Shown: piece by piece, positions 9,288-17,740 of the stretch
How positions within the stretch are numbered: the stretch's first letter is position 1
Layout: every line of letters begins with the position of its first letter
From: an uncultured bacterium
GTDB taxonomy: Bacteria > Bacteroidota > Rhodothermia > Rhodothermales > UBA10348
DNA length: 64,000 bases
Assembly (NCBI GenBank): GCA_938018055.1
Contig: CALIKL010000040.1
Coordinates: 89,137-153,136 of the forward strand
Direction of reading: 5' to 3'
Notes under the pieces: model-generated
Told to the model about the DNA's origin: nothing
Seen by the model: only the letters and a program-made list of their open reading frames with translations
Databases searched by the model: none
Translations under genes and position numbers: made by a program

Positions 9288-10364
9288 TCATCCGGTCGAA
9301 GCAATGATACGACCTTTCCATTCGATGCGTCCGCGTGACCGATTGAACATCGAGTCCAATCCCAGGAAAACGATGAGAACAAACGAGACCGGAGCCAGAA
9401 GCGTGACCGCAAACGGTTGGCGGGTGAGCCGATCCGACATGAATTTCAGCAGGAACAGGGAAACGAATAAAACCGGAGCAAGCAGAGGCGCTACGATAAA
9501 CATCAGAATGTATCCGGCAAGGACCATTGTGGAAGAAAGAAGGGTGCGACCAAGAATGTCAGCTGTATTCTTTCGGAATCCCCGCCAAGCCTCCGGAAAT
9601 GTGCCGTACATGTGGACCGTCAGATCATCGGTTACATCATCCAGTAAGGGCGTCAGCCCCTGACGGTGTAGATAACGGCCGATTCGGATGTCTTCGAGCA
9701 CTTCTCCGCGGACCTGCTGATGAGGCAGTAGACGGCGATAGTCATCAGCGGTGATCATCCAGCACTGTCCGTTCACACCTGACATTGCGGAAAGAGGAAC
9801 GCGCTTGCCCATCCACCACGGGATACAACCGATGATGAGGGCGCCTACCATGGTTACGATGCTCCGGCCGCCTCCTTTCAGGAGCGTCATCCCGGTCAGC
9901 ACCGTGGACGGCGGTCGAGCTGCGAATCGCTCGCTCATGTGTCTGAGAGCTGCGGGATGCTGAAATTCGGTATCCGCGTCAATGAACAGGAACGTCGATC
10001 CTTGGGCGTGCAGGGACAGCTGATGGCACCCATTCGTTTTTCCCACCCATCCTTCGGGGAGGTCACCACCTCTGATTCCTCGGATACGAGGGTCACCTGC
10101 CTTCTGGATGATATCCCATGTGCTATCCGTGGATTGATCGTCATAGATGACCATTTCAGCAGAAGGGTGGTCCTGCCGTGCGAAGGAGGCCATGAGACGA
10201 GGAAGATTGTGCTCTTCATTCCGCGCCGGAACCAGGACAGAAACCGGTGACAACGTCTCCGTGCTTCGAGCACGCCTTCGCAAGGTGAAGGTCGCCAGGT
10301 TGAGCAGCAGGTTGATAACCATCACGCCATGCAGCCCGATAAGTACGAGAGTCAGTTCAGCCAT
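9288..10364 (-). CDS. Membrane-bound family 2 glycosyltransferase (CruC-like candidate)
   Basis: ORF 9288-10388. I moved the start to M9 (10364), giving a TAATG 1-nt overlap with the upstream stop. It has an N-terminal TM helix and the GT2 motifs VSVLVPARNEEHNL, IYDDQSTD and FIDADT (DxD), followed by C-terminal TM helices. Confidence 0.8.
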   Translation of the reverse strand: MAELTLVLIGLHGVMVINLLLNLATFTLRRRARSTETLSPVSVLVPARNEEHNLPRLMASFARQDHPSAEMVIYDDQSTDSTWDIIQKAGDPRIRGIRGGDLPEGWVGKTNGCHQLSLHAQGSTFLFIDADTEFQHPAALRHMSERFAARPPSTVLTGMTLLKGGGRSIVTMVGALIIGCIPWWMGKRVPLSAMSGVNGQCWMITADDYRRLLPHQQVRGEVLEDIRIGRYLHRQGLTPLLDDVTDDLTVHMYGTFPEAWRGFRKNTADILGRTLLSSTMVLAGYILMFIVAPLLAPVLFVSLFLLKFMSDRLTRQPFAVTLLAPVSFVLIVFLGLDSMFNRSRGRIEWKGRIIASTG

Positions 10365-11020
10365 TACCGAATCCGGTAACCAGGCCACGCAGCATCGGCC
10401 GTTTCTCCGTGTTCTCGTAAAAAACTGCGCAGGGAGGAAACGGTATCCCGAAAAGCCTCAGCCGCTTGCTCTCCCGGAACGGGCGAGCCAATCCGAACGA
10501 AAAGGCTTGGCTTGGAATGCGTGAGCGCTTCTACGGAGAGGGCCATGGGCACGAAGTGCGTGGGAATGGTTTGATGCTCGAAAGAACGGTATCCATGCTG
10601 GATTGAGGTCAGATCTGCGTCGACCGCCTCGATGCGACCCTGTGGGAAAATCACCACGCAGTCGCCCGGAGCCAGTTCGTTGCGGACCATGCGCAAGATG
10701 TCCCTGCCGGAAGCCGTAGAACCCGGTGAAATCCCCAAAGCGCCCGCCTTCTTGAACACCGGGTATCGCTTCAGTTGACGATCCAGCATGATGGTTACCA
10801 AGCGTGCCTTGGGGGCAGCCTGGCGCTGGATCATGCGTACTATGAACCCATCCAGACGGCTGACATGCTGCGGCATGAGGACATTGACGGCCCCCGGTGT
10901 GTAAAGCAGCTCACCATCTACAAAAACGCCATGGGTCCGTCTTCGGACGTAGAGTCGCATGAAGGGATCGAGCCATAGCATGCGGGAACGACTGAACGTG
11001 AACGTACTTCGGTCACTCAT
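10364..11020 (-). CDS. Lysophospholipid (1-acyl-glycerol-3-phosphate) acyltransferase family protein (CruD-like candidate)
   Basis: ORF 10364-11050. I moved the start to M11 (11020), 4 nt after the DUF2141 stop. It has the H(x)4D acyltransferase motif HVSRLD and a later FPQGRIE block. Confidence 0.75.
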   Translation of the reverse strand: MSDRSTFTFSRSRMLWLDPFMRLYVRRRTHGVFVDGELLYTPGAVNVLMPQHVSRLDGFIVRMIQRQAAPKARLVTIMLDRQLKRYPVFKKAGALGISPGSTASGRDILRMVRNELAPGDCVVIFPQGRIEAVDADLTSIQHGYRSFEHQTIPTHFVPMALSVEALTHSKPSLFVRIGSPVPGEQAAEAFRDTVSSLRSFLREHGETADAAWPGYRIR

Positions 11021-11024
11021 GGTG

Positions 11025-11480
11025 CTAATCAAGGTGGACCGAGATATCAATCACGCTTCCCGAAACTTCGAAAACGGCGTCTTCCCACTTGGGTGGTCCA
11101 AAACGAACGCGCGCATTTTCTGAGAACCCGAAGGATTCCTTGAAGAAGCCGATCAGATTGCGGTCCAATTTGCCGTTGCGGTTTTCATCCAGATAAACGG
11201 CTGCGCCATACCTGCCGGGTGGAAGTGATTCGAATACCACGGTCGTCTCTGTATCGGTGGTTGCTGCCAACCCACCGAAGATCGGCTCATCATCCAGCCA
11301 GTTGTCGAGCGAAGTGTACAGACCTACCCGAATATCGGCATCGGGTGCCGGTGGGTGCGATACCTTGACGCGAAGCACGGTCCTGTCCGCTTCCGAGGAT
11401 TGCGCCCAGACCGTTCCGAAGGGGGTAGAGAATCCCAGAACCAGGCAGACCACAGCCACAATCAAGGAGTACCTGTTCAC
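11025..11480 (-). CDS. DUF2141 domain protein, secreted
   Basis: This is the C-terminal 151 codons of track ORF 11025-11879. A GTG start at 11480 gives the signal peptide VNRYSLIVAVVCLVLGFSTPFGTVWAQS. The body (VGLYTS...GRYGAAVYLDENRNGKLDRNLIGFFKESFGFSEN) fits the DUF2141 pattern. The GTG overlaps the upstream TGA (GTGA). Confidence 0.7.
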   Translation of the reverse strand: MNRYSLIVAVVCLVLGFSTPFGTVWAQSSEADRTVLRVKVSHPPAPDADIRVGLYTSLDNWLDDEPIFGGLAATTDTETTVVFESLPPGRYGAAVYLDENRNGKLDRNLIGFFKESFGFSENARVRFGPPKWEDAVFEVSGSVIDISVHLD

Positions 11481-11827
11481 GATCGAAGCCGCTTGGCGAT
11501 GCGCTCTACTTCTTCCCGGTTTTCTTCTCCGGGATCGGGCAGCAGGACTTCCGGCTCGGGTTCCGGAAGGGCGGCAGGATCTTCCGACTCGGTCAACTGA
11601 TCCCAGTCTGCGCTCGTGACGATAGCTTCGAGATGCTGAATGCGGGTGATGAGCGACGCATGTTGCTCTTCGAGTTTCCCTGAGAGCTCCTTGTAAGAGG
11701 CTTCGAGTGATTCTGCTGATGCACCCAGCGATGCCTGTTCCTTCTTGAACTTGAGCCATTCGGACCAGGCGCCGGCCATGATTCCAGCGATGGGAATCAA
11801 AATCCATGCATTGGATAAGAAATCCAT
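11477..11827 (-). CDS. Small membrane-anchored coiled-coil protein, unknown function
   Basis: 116 aa with one N-terminal TM helix (WILIPIAGIMAGAW), a coiled-coil-like segment and an acidic Pro/Glu tail. It is the first gene of the coupled minus-strand operon. Confidence 0.55.
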   Translation of the reverse strand: MDFLSNAWILIPIAGIMAGAWSEWLKFKKEQASLGASAESLEASYKELSGKLEEQHASLITRIQHLEAIVTSADWDQLTESEDPAALPEPEPEVLLPDPGEENREEVERIAKRLRS

Positions 11828-12004
11828 GGTGTAAAGGAAAAATTAAGCTCAAAGCGTGCTGAACGGGATAATAGTACACGATTAACAGAGTCGAGTTGCG
11901 AATGCAGGCTACAAGCCCGACTCGTGAATCCTACCTTTTGACGTAATCCCGTTAGGTCGTCTCCTTCGGCAAGAAATCAAACACCGACAAGCCTCTGTCT
12001 GACT

Positions 12005-12577
12005 ATGCGTACAATTCGTTTCATGTCCCTTGCACTGATGTTGGCCGTGGTGGCCAATGTCACGTGGCCTTCCCTGGTTTCTGCAGAGGGAGATTCTGCC
12101 AGATCTCAAGTGACGAAGACCATCATTTTGGTTCGGCATGCCGAGAAGTGCAGCGAGCCTGCAGGAGATCCGGAGCTTACAAGCCTGGGACTGGAGCGCG
12201 CGGATGCGTTGCGTCGCACACTGACGGACGTTGGTGTAGAGGCCATGTATTCCACACCATTGAAGCGCACGCTACAGACGGTTCAAGGCCTTGCTGAGGA
12301 TCACGGCCTGGAGACTATCGAAACGCCGATAGCTGCGGGTTTTCTGGAGCGTCTCGCAGAGACCATCCTGTCGTCGGCCGAATCGGTAGTCGTTGTATCA
12401 GGCCACAGCAATACGACCACCCGGATGGTGAATCTGCTTGCTGGTACCGAGTACCCAGATCTCGACGAGTCGGAATACGACCGGCTGTTCATCGTCCACA
12501 TTCCAACGTCAGGATCCCCCGAGGTAACAGCTCTTCGCTACGGACCGCCCTCCGGTCCATCCTCCTCACCCTGCTGA
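12005..12577 (+). CDS. Histidine phosphatase (phosphoglycerate mutase/SixA-like) family protein, secreted
   Basis: 190 aa with a signal peptide. It has the catalytic LVRHAEK (RHG-type motif) and a second histidine in SGHSNT. Confidence 0.75.
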   Translation: MRTIRFMSLALMLAVVANVTWPSLVSAEGDSARSQVTKTIILVRHAEKCSEPAGDPELTSLGLERADALRRTLTDVGVEAMYSTPLKRTLQTVQGLAEDHGLETIETPIAAGFLERLAETILSSAESVVVVSGHSNTTTRMVNLLAGTEYPDLDESEYDRLFIVHIPTSGSPEVTALRYGPPSGPSSSPC

Positions 12578-12943
12578 AGCGTCCCGACGGGCACTCTTCT
12601 GCAATGCCAGCACCTCCAGGAGGAGTCGGTCCAGATTCTGTCGCTGCGTCCTCCAGATACGCAACCGCACATCATTGGCGTGCTTGCCCGGTACGATGTC
12701 CAGCAGTTCATGCTTCTTCGGTGTGATGACCAGTCGGTCCTTGAAGGGACGTCGCTGAATTCGGATATCCTGGATCGCAGTGGCCTCAATCTTGATCACG
12801 TCCGTATCCCCATCGATGAGCCCAAACAGTTTATTGGTGAGCTGTATTACGAGAAACTCATCGTCGACCCAGACCATGCCCTCAATCTCCCTGAGACCGA
12901 CATCGGGAAGTGTGAATGGAATTCGGGTCATGGCGAGACGCAA
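12566..12943 (-). CDS. Hypothetical protein
   Basis: 125-aa ORF starting 34 nt downstream of the desaturase on the same strand. I recognise no family. Confidence 0.45.
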   Translation of the reverse strand: MRLAMTRIPFTLPDVGLREIEGMVWVDDEFLVIQLTNKLFGLIDGDTDVIKIEATAIQDIRIQRRPFKDRLVITPKKHELLDIVPGKHANDVRLRIWRTQRQNLDRLLLEVLALQKSARRDASAG

Positions 12944-12977
12944 TAGAGGACGGGTTCCGTTGGCCGATTGGATCTAC

Positions 12978-14078
12978 CTAGGCAGCGGCAGGGGCTGGAT
13001 CCGGTTGACCAAGCGACTTGAGCATCCGATAGTGCGAGCCGATCGCTCCTCCCAGTGTGGGGTGATAGTTGTACGGGATGTCGTAGCGCTCGGCTACCTC
13101 CCGTACAATCCTGGAAACTGCCGGATAGTGGATGCTGCAGACCTGAGGGAAAAGATGATGTTCAATCTGGTAATTGAGTCCACCGATGTAAGCCTGGAGC
13201 ACTTTGTTGCGATGAGCAAAGTTGGCCGTGGTCAGCATTTCGTGAATCAGCCATGCGTGCTCCATGTTGCCATCATCATCCGGGCTCAGGTACTCCGTTC
13301 CCTCTACCACATGAGCCAACTGGAAAATGACCCCGAGGATCAGTCCAGCCGTCAGGTGCATGGTCAGGAATCCGATCAGGAATTGCCACCAGGTGATGTC
13401 GAAGAGCCAGAGCGGGAGAATAATCATGTACAGGACAACAATTGCCTTGGTGACGAAAAGCGTTATCCATTCGGAGGTGGGGTGTCGCTTGTCCTTGTAA
13501 GGTCCGATATCCCGTTTCAAGAACTGCTGGAAGTCCTTGGCAAACAGCCAATTGATGGTGGCCAAGCTGTACGCCGGAAAGGCAAAGAACTGCTGAAAGC
13601 GGTGGAATCCGTAACGGGGCTCCTCAGGAGAAAGACGAACGAGCGGTGAGACGGCCAGGTCCTCATCAACCCCGGGAATGTTGGTATAGGTGTGATGGAT
13701 CACGTTGTGCGTGATTTTCCACATGTATCCGTTGGCTCCCAGCATGTCGAATGTAAACCCGAGAAGCTTGTTCACGGTGGCGTTCGATGAGTAGGCGCCA
13801 TGCAGCGCGTCGTGCGCAACACCGAATCCGACACCTGCGGCACCGACGCCCATAACAAACGTCAAGAGCCACATTTGAAGCACGGTGAACTGACCGGAGA
13901 TGATCAATGCATACGAGCCGAACGTCATCAGCAGTACGACGATGCCATTTCGAATCATGCGCCAGTTGGCATGCTTCGAGAGATTTCGGTCAGTGAAATA
14001 CTGATTCACCTCAGCTTTCACTTCTGGAATGAAGCCACTGAGGTCCCGGTTGGCGAATCGGATTTTTCTCTCAGACAT
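12978..14078 (-). CDS. Membrane fatty-acid desaturase, front-end (Delta6-like) type without a cytochrome b5 domain
   Basis: 366 aa with three histidine boxes: HDALH, HNVIHH and QIEHH. A Gln in the third box (QxxHH) is the hallmark of front-end desaturases. Confidence 0.85.
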   Translation of the reverse strand: MSERKIRFANRDLSGFIPEVKAEVNQYFTDRNLSKHANWRMIRNGIVVLLMTFGSYALIISGQFTVLQMWLLTFVMGVGAAGVGFGVAHDALHGAYSSNATVNKLLGFTFDMLGANGYMWKITHNVIHHTYTNIPGVDEDLAVSPLVRLSPEEPRYGFHRFQQFFAFPAYSLATINWLFAKDFQQFLKRDIGPYKDKRHPTSEWITLFVTKAIVVLYMIILPLWLFDITWWQFLIGFLTMHLTAGLILGVIFQLAHVVEGTEYLSPDDDGNMEHAWLIHEMLTTANFAHRNKVLQAYIGGLNYQIEHHLFPQVCSIHYPAVSRIVREVAERYDIPYNYHPTLGGAIGSHYRMLKSLGQPDPAPAAA

Positions 14079-14153
14079 GATCTAAGACTTTAACAGGTCC
14101 GATAAAAGGGATGCGTCAGCCAACAAGATAGGGATGTGGCGGCGCATCCTGGA

Positions 14154-14630
14154 TTATCTTTGGGATTGGGCTTCCCGAATCTGGGCGACCACAGGTCGCA
14201 ACAATTCGTTTGGAATGGGTACGGTCAAATTGTACTGCTTCACCTTCCAGGCACCATCCACCTTCACCAGTACGCCCGTTCCCCTGCATTCCCCGAATCC
14301 TGCGTTCTCCAATCGCTCGTCGAACCAGGCCGTGTTGCCGTCTTCATCGATGAAGACATGTCGCTCGGTCATCGTATACGTCCAGCCGGTCCCCCGGTCG
14401 AACGCCGGACGCGCATATTGTTGGAAGTCGGAGATCGTCCAGCGCTCCTTGGCGTCCGTTCCCATGAAAATGGCATCTGGCGTGTACAGGTCGAAATAGC
14501 CCTCGAAGTCTGCCTCTGAGGCCAGGCGATGGACATCGTCCAAGACGGCGGAGACGGCTGCTTCTTCATCTTGTGCTGCGACGGGAAGAACCAGGAAGGC
14601 TAGGGCGATGAGCGTCAGGAATCGGGACAT
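14154..14630 (-). CDS. Secreted NTF2-like (SnoaL/DUF4440-type) protein
   Basis: ORF 14154-14672. I moved the start to M15 (14630), giving the signal peptide MSRFLTLIALAFLVLPVAAQ. The size and W/F-rich beta pattern suggest an NTF2-like fold. Confidence 0.55.
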   Translation of the reverse strand: MSRFLTLIALAFLVLPVAAQDEEAAVSAVLDDVHRLASEADFEGYFDLYTPDAIFMGTDAKERWTISDFQQYARPAFDRGTGWTYTMTERHVFIDEDGNTAWFDERLENAGFGECRGTGVLVKVDGAWKVKQYNLTVPIPNELLRPVVAQIREAQSQR

Positions 14631-14712
14631 GACAGAGAGTGGCTGATCAAAGTCGGACATTATGCGTGGCATATGCTATCATGCCAATGTACCACTAAGA
14701 TCTTCGTTCGTC

Positions 14713-15978
14713 ATGGCTTCTCGACGCTCGTTCCTGAAAACCGCACTTGTCACTTCCTCCGCGGCAGTTATTTCTCCTGTCGACCTGATGGCCATGATCC
14801 CCCGGCCGGATGGATCGGAAGTGACACCTGAATGGGTGCTGAATGCCCGAAAGCAGATTCCAGCTACAAGGGATCGCTTTTTCCAGACGGCCGGTATCGC
14901 TCCCAGTCCCACTCCGGTGCTGGATGTCGTATCAAAGGTCCTTCACTACCAGAATCAGGGACCGGTTCATCCGGATATCTATCCGAGCGTTGCGGCCACA
15001 GAGCCGGATTTGCGGACCCATTTCGGTGCCATGTTCGGTGCGCATGCGCATGAAATCGCGCTCACGCATTCCACGTCTGAAGGAATCAATATTGCCTCCT
15101 GGTCGAGGAATTGGGACAAGGGCGATGAGGTGATCATCAGCAACCAGGAGCACCCTGCCAATACTATCCCGTGGTACAACCTGGCTACGCGGTTCGGGGT
15201 CACGGTGCGCCGGGCCGATCTCACGACGGGTACCAACCTGATGGATGCCGTCAGGGCAGTCGCTTCGACGCGCACAAAATTGGTATCCATTCCTCATGTA
15301 TCGCGCAATAATGGTCGTCGCATTACGGATGAGGAATCCGCTACGTTGGCCGCATGGCTTCGGGAAAGGGACATCCGCTTCCATCTCGACGGGGCACAGG
15401 GTCCGGGATGCGTGCCTGTGGATTTTCGACTGTTGGGATGCGACTACTACAGTGCTTGTGGGCACAAATGGCTTCTGGGACCGAAAGGGACCGGTGCATT
15501 TTTCTGTCATGAAGACGTTTTGGACCGCACGGAAATATCCTGGACAGGCTCCCATTCTACGCTTTCCTACGACCAGGAAGGCGGTTATGAACTCATTCCG
15601 GAGGCGCGCCGATTCGAATTCGGTACGCGCGCGCTGGCTACCTTTGCTGGATTCGATGCCGCATTGAGCTGGATGGAGTCGATCGGAATGGATCGGATTT
15701 TGAAGCGGGTAGACGAATTGGTTGCCTATGCGGAAGAATCCTGGCAAGAACGAGGCCACACCATCACTTCACCGATCGGAGAGGCTCGTTCCGGCGTGTT
15801 GGTGATTCAGCTTCCTGAGCCACTCACCGGGTGGCAGGTCTACGAATCGCTCAGATCAGAAGTGTCAACGTTCACGTCACCGGTCGATGGCCCTCGTGAT
15901 CTTCGGATCGCCATTCACTTTATCAACATGCGTTCTGAAATCGATGCCACGTTCGATGCCATTGAGTCGCTCCTTTAG
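14713..15978 (+). CDS. Class V aminotransferase-fold PLP enzyme with a twin-arginine signal
   Basis: ORF 14662-15978. I moved the start to M18 (14713). The Tat motif is perfect (MASRRSFLKTALVTSSAAV). The PLP-lysine block is SACGHKWLLGPKGTG, and the overall class V (cysteine desulfurase / isopenicillin-N-epimerase-like) pattern is present. Confidence 0.8.
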   Translation: MASRRSFLKTALVTSSAAVISPVDLMAMIPRPDGSEVTPEWVLNARKQIPATRDRFFQTAGIAPSPTPVLDVVSKVLHYQNQGPVHPDIYPSVAATEPDLRTHFGAMFGAHAHEIALTHSTSEGINIASWSRNWDKGDEVIISNQEHPANTIPWYNLATRFGVTVRRADLTTGTNLMDAVRAVASTRTKLVSIPHVSRNNGRRITDEESATLAAWLRERDIRFHLDGAQGPGCVPVDFRLLGCDYYSACGHKWLLGPKGTGAFFCHEDVLDRTEISWTGSHSTLSYDQEGGYELIPEARRFEFGTRALATFAGFDAALSWMESIGMDRILKRVDELVAYAEESWQERGHTITSPIGEARSGVLVIQLPEPLTGWQVYESLRSEVSTFTSPVDGPRDLRIAIHFINMRSEIDATFDAIESLL

Positions 15979-17701
15979 GTGGCTGCTTCTTCCACTGTTT
16001 GCTGGCGCTTTTCTGACCGTACGTTGCTCCAGTAATTCCCAGGCAGATCTCGTTTTATACAACGGTCAGGTCTACACCGTGGAATGGTCTGATCCCGGGC
16101 TGAACGGCATGCCGGCTCCGGATGCTCCGGTGCATGACGGTACGTGGACACCCGATGCCTCTGCTGTGGTCGTGCAGGACGGAAGGATTGTGTTCGTGGG
16201 TGATGACGATGAGGCGCGTTCATGGACGGGCGCATCAACGCGCGAGGTGGATCTGAATGGAGCGACGGTTCTTCCTGGATTGGTAGAAAGCCACGGCCAC
16301 CTGCACGAGATTGGAGAAAAAGCAGAAGAAATCAGCCTTTTGGGTGTCGCGTCCGAGGAAGAGATCGCGGATCGTTTGACGCAAGCAGCCGGGGAGCGTC
16401 CTGCTGGCGAGTGGATTCTTGGTACGGGATGGGATGAAGGAGAATGGGCCAATCAGCTTCCTGACCGGGCCTTCCTGGATACGCTCTTTCCCGAAAACCC
16501 TGTCGTTCTCAAGGGCCTTCGGGGATTTGGAACGTTGGGTAACGCACTGGCCCTGGAAGCAGCAGACGTGGGCTCACAGACCCAAGATCCCGTGGGAGGG
16601 ACCTTGGTTCGGCGTGACGATGGGTCGCTGAGTGGGGTATTGCTGAATAACGCCACCGATATGCTCAATGACGCGGTGCCCCAGAGGAGTCTGGAACATC
16701 GCAAGCGCATTCTGCGGCATGGGATGGATGCGCTGCTCATGGCTGGATATGTATCGACCCATCATGCAGGCGTGCGAACAGATTATTTGCCGGTCTATCA
16801 AGCCATGGCGCAGGCCGATGAGCTTCCGATGCGGGTTGAGGCCATGCTGTCTGTTGGAGCGGTCGAAGCGCCGGATGTAGAGGAATGGACGCGCCGCGGG
16901 CCCACAAGGGATCCTGAGGCAATGCTGCAGATCCGCTCCGTCAAGGCTTATTACGATGGATCCCTTGGGTCCCGCGGCGCGAAACTGATTGAGGATTACG
17001 CCGATCAACCGGGTCATCGCGGGATTGCCGGAGCGGAGTATGGCTTTGACCCCGATGCTGTCGAGGCATTCATGGCAGCCGGGTTTCAGGCCGGAATCCA
17101 CGCCATCGGGGATGCCGGAAACCGGGATGTGCTCGATTTCTACGAGGGCGTCTTTGAACGGCACCCGCAAACCCAGGCGTTGCGTCACCGCATAGAACAC
17201 GCTCAGGTCGTGCATCCGGACGACTTTGCCAGGTTCGGAACGTTGAGCATAGTGGCATCCATGGAACCTGGACATGCCGTCGAAGACAGCCCATGGGCTG
17301 GCGAGCGACTGGGTCCGGACCGCGTGCGAGGGGCATATGCCTGGCGTCAGCTCCGAAAAGGAGGTGCACTGCTTCTTTTCAACTCCGACTTCACCGGAAC
17401 CGATTGGTCTGTGTTCTACGGATTGCACGCCGCGGTGACGCGCACCAAGAAGGACGGGACGCCTGAAGGTGGTTGGCTGCCCGAAGAAGCGGTTTCGGTG
17501 GAAGAGGCCCTGCGCGCCTACACCATCTGGCCAGCCCGCTCATCGGGACTGGAATCCCACACCGGCACGCTTGAAGCCGGCAAGTGGGCTGACATCACCG
17601 TCATGGATATCGACCCATTCAACACCCCGGTCGACCGATTGATGGAAGGTCGAATTCTGATGACCTTGGTTGACGGAAAGGTGCGCTACGAGGCGGAGTA
17701 A
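15944..17701 (+). CDS. Amidohydrolase family (YtcJ/Amidohydro_3-like) lipoprotein
   Basis: ORF 15887-17701. The likely start is 15944 or 15956, giving MPLSRSFRWLLLPLFAGAFLTVRCSS. It has the metal-binding ESHGHLH motif and later HAIGD / HAQ motifs. It overlaps the 3' end of the upstream gene. Confidence 0.8.
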   Translation: MPRSMPLSRSFRWLLLPLFAGAFLTVRCSSNSQADLVLYNGQVYTVEWSDPGLNGMPAPDAPVHDGTWTPDASAVVVQDGRIVFVGDDDEARSWTGASTREVDLNGATVLPGLVESHGHLHEIGEKAEEISLLGVASEEEIADRLTQAAGERPAGEWILGTGWDEGEWANQLPDRAFLDTLFPENPVVLKGLRGFGTLGNALALEAADVGSQTQDPVGGTLVRRDDGSLSGVLLNNATDMLNDAVPQRSLEHRKRILRHGMDALLMAGYVSTHHAGVRTDYLPVYQAMAQADELPMRVEAMLSVGAVEAPDVEEWTRRGPTRDPEAMLQIRSVKAYYDGSLGSRGAKLIEDYADQPGHRGIAGAEYGFDPDAVEAFMAAGFQAGIHAIGDAGNRDVLDFYEGVFERHPQTQALRHRIEHAQVVHPDDFARFGTLSIVASMEPGHAVEDSPWAGERLGPDRVRGAYAWRQLRKGGALLLFNSDFTGTDWSVFYGLHAAVTRTKKDGTPEGGWLPEEAVSVEEALRAYTIWPARSSGLESHTGTLEAGKWADITVMDIDPFNTPVDRLMEGRILMTLVDGKVRYEAE

Positions 17702-17740
17702 TTAGGACGTTCTGGCTTGCCCAGCGATCCGGTCCCGGCG

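Noticed and set aside
11025-11879. A 284-aa ORF read as one gene
   Set aside because: Only the C-terminal 151 codons look like a real protein (signal peptide plus DUF2141). The N-terminal extension is Arg/Ser/His-rich junk that overlaps, out of frame, a better ORF (11477-11827). A GTG at 11480 gives a clean GTGA-coupled start, so I split it into two genes.
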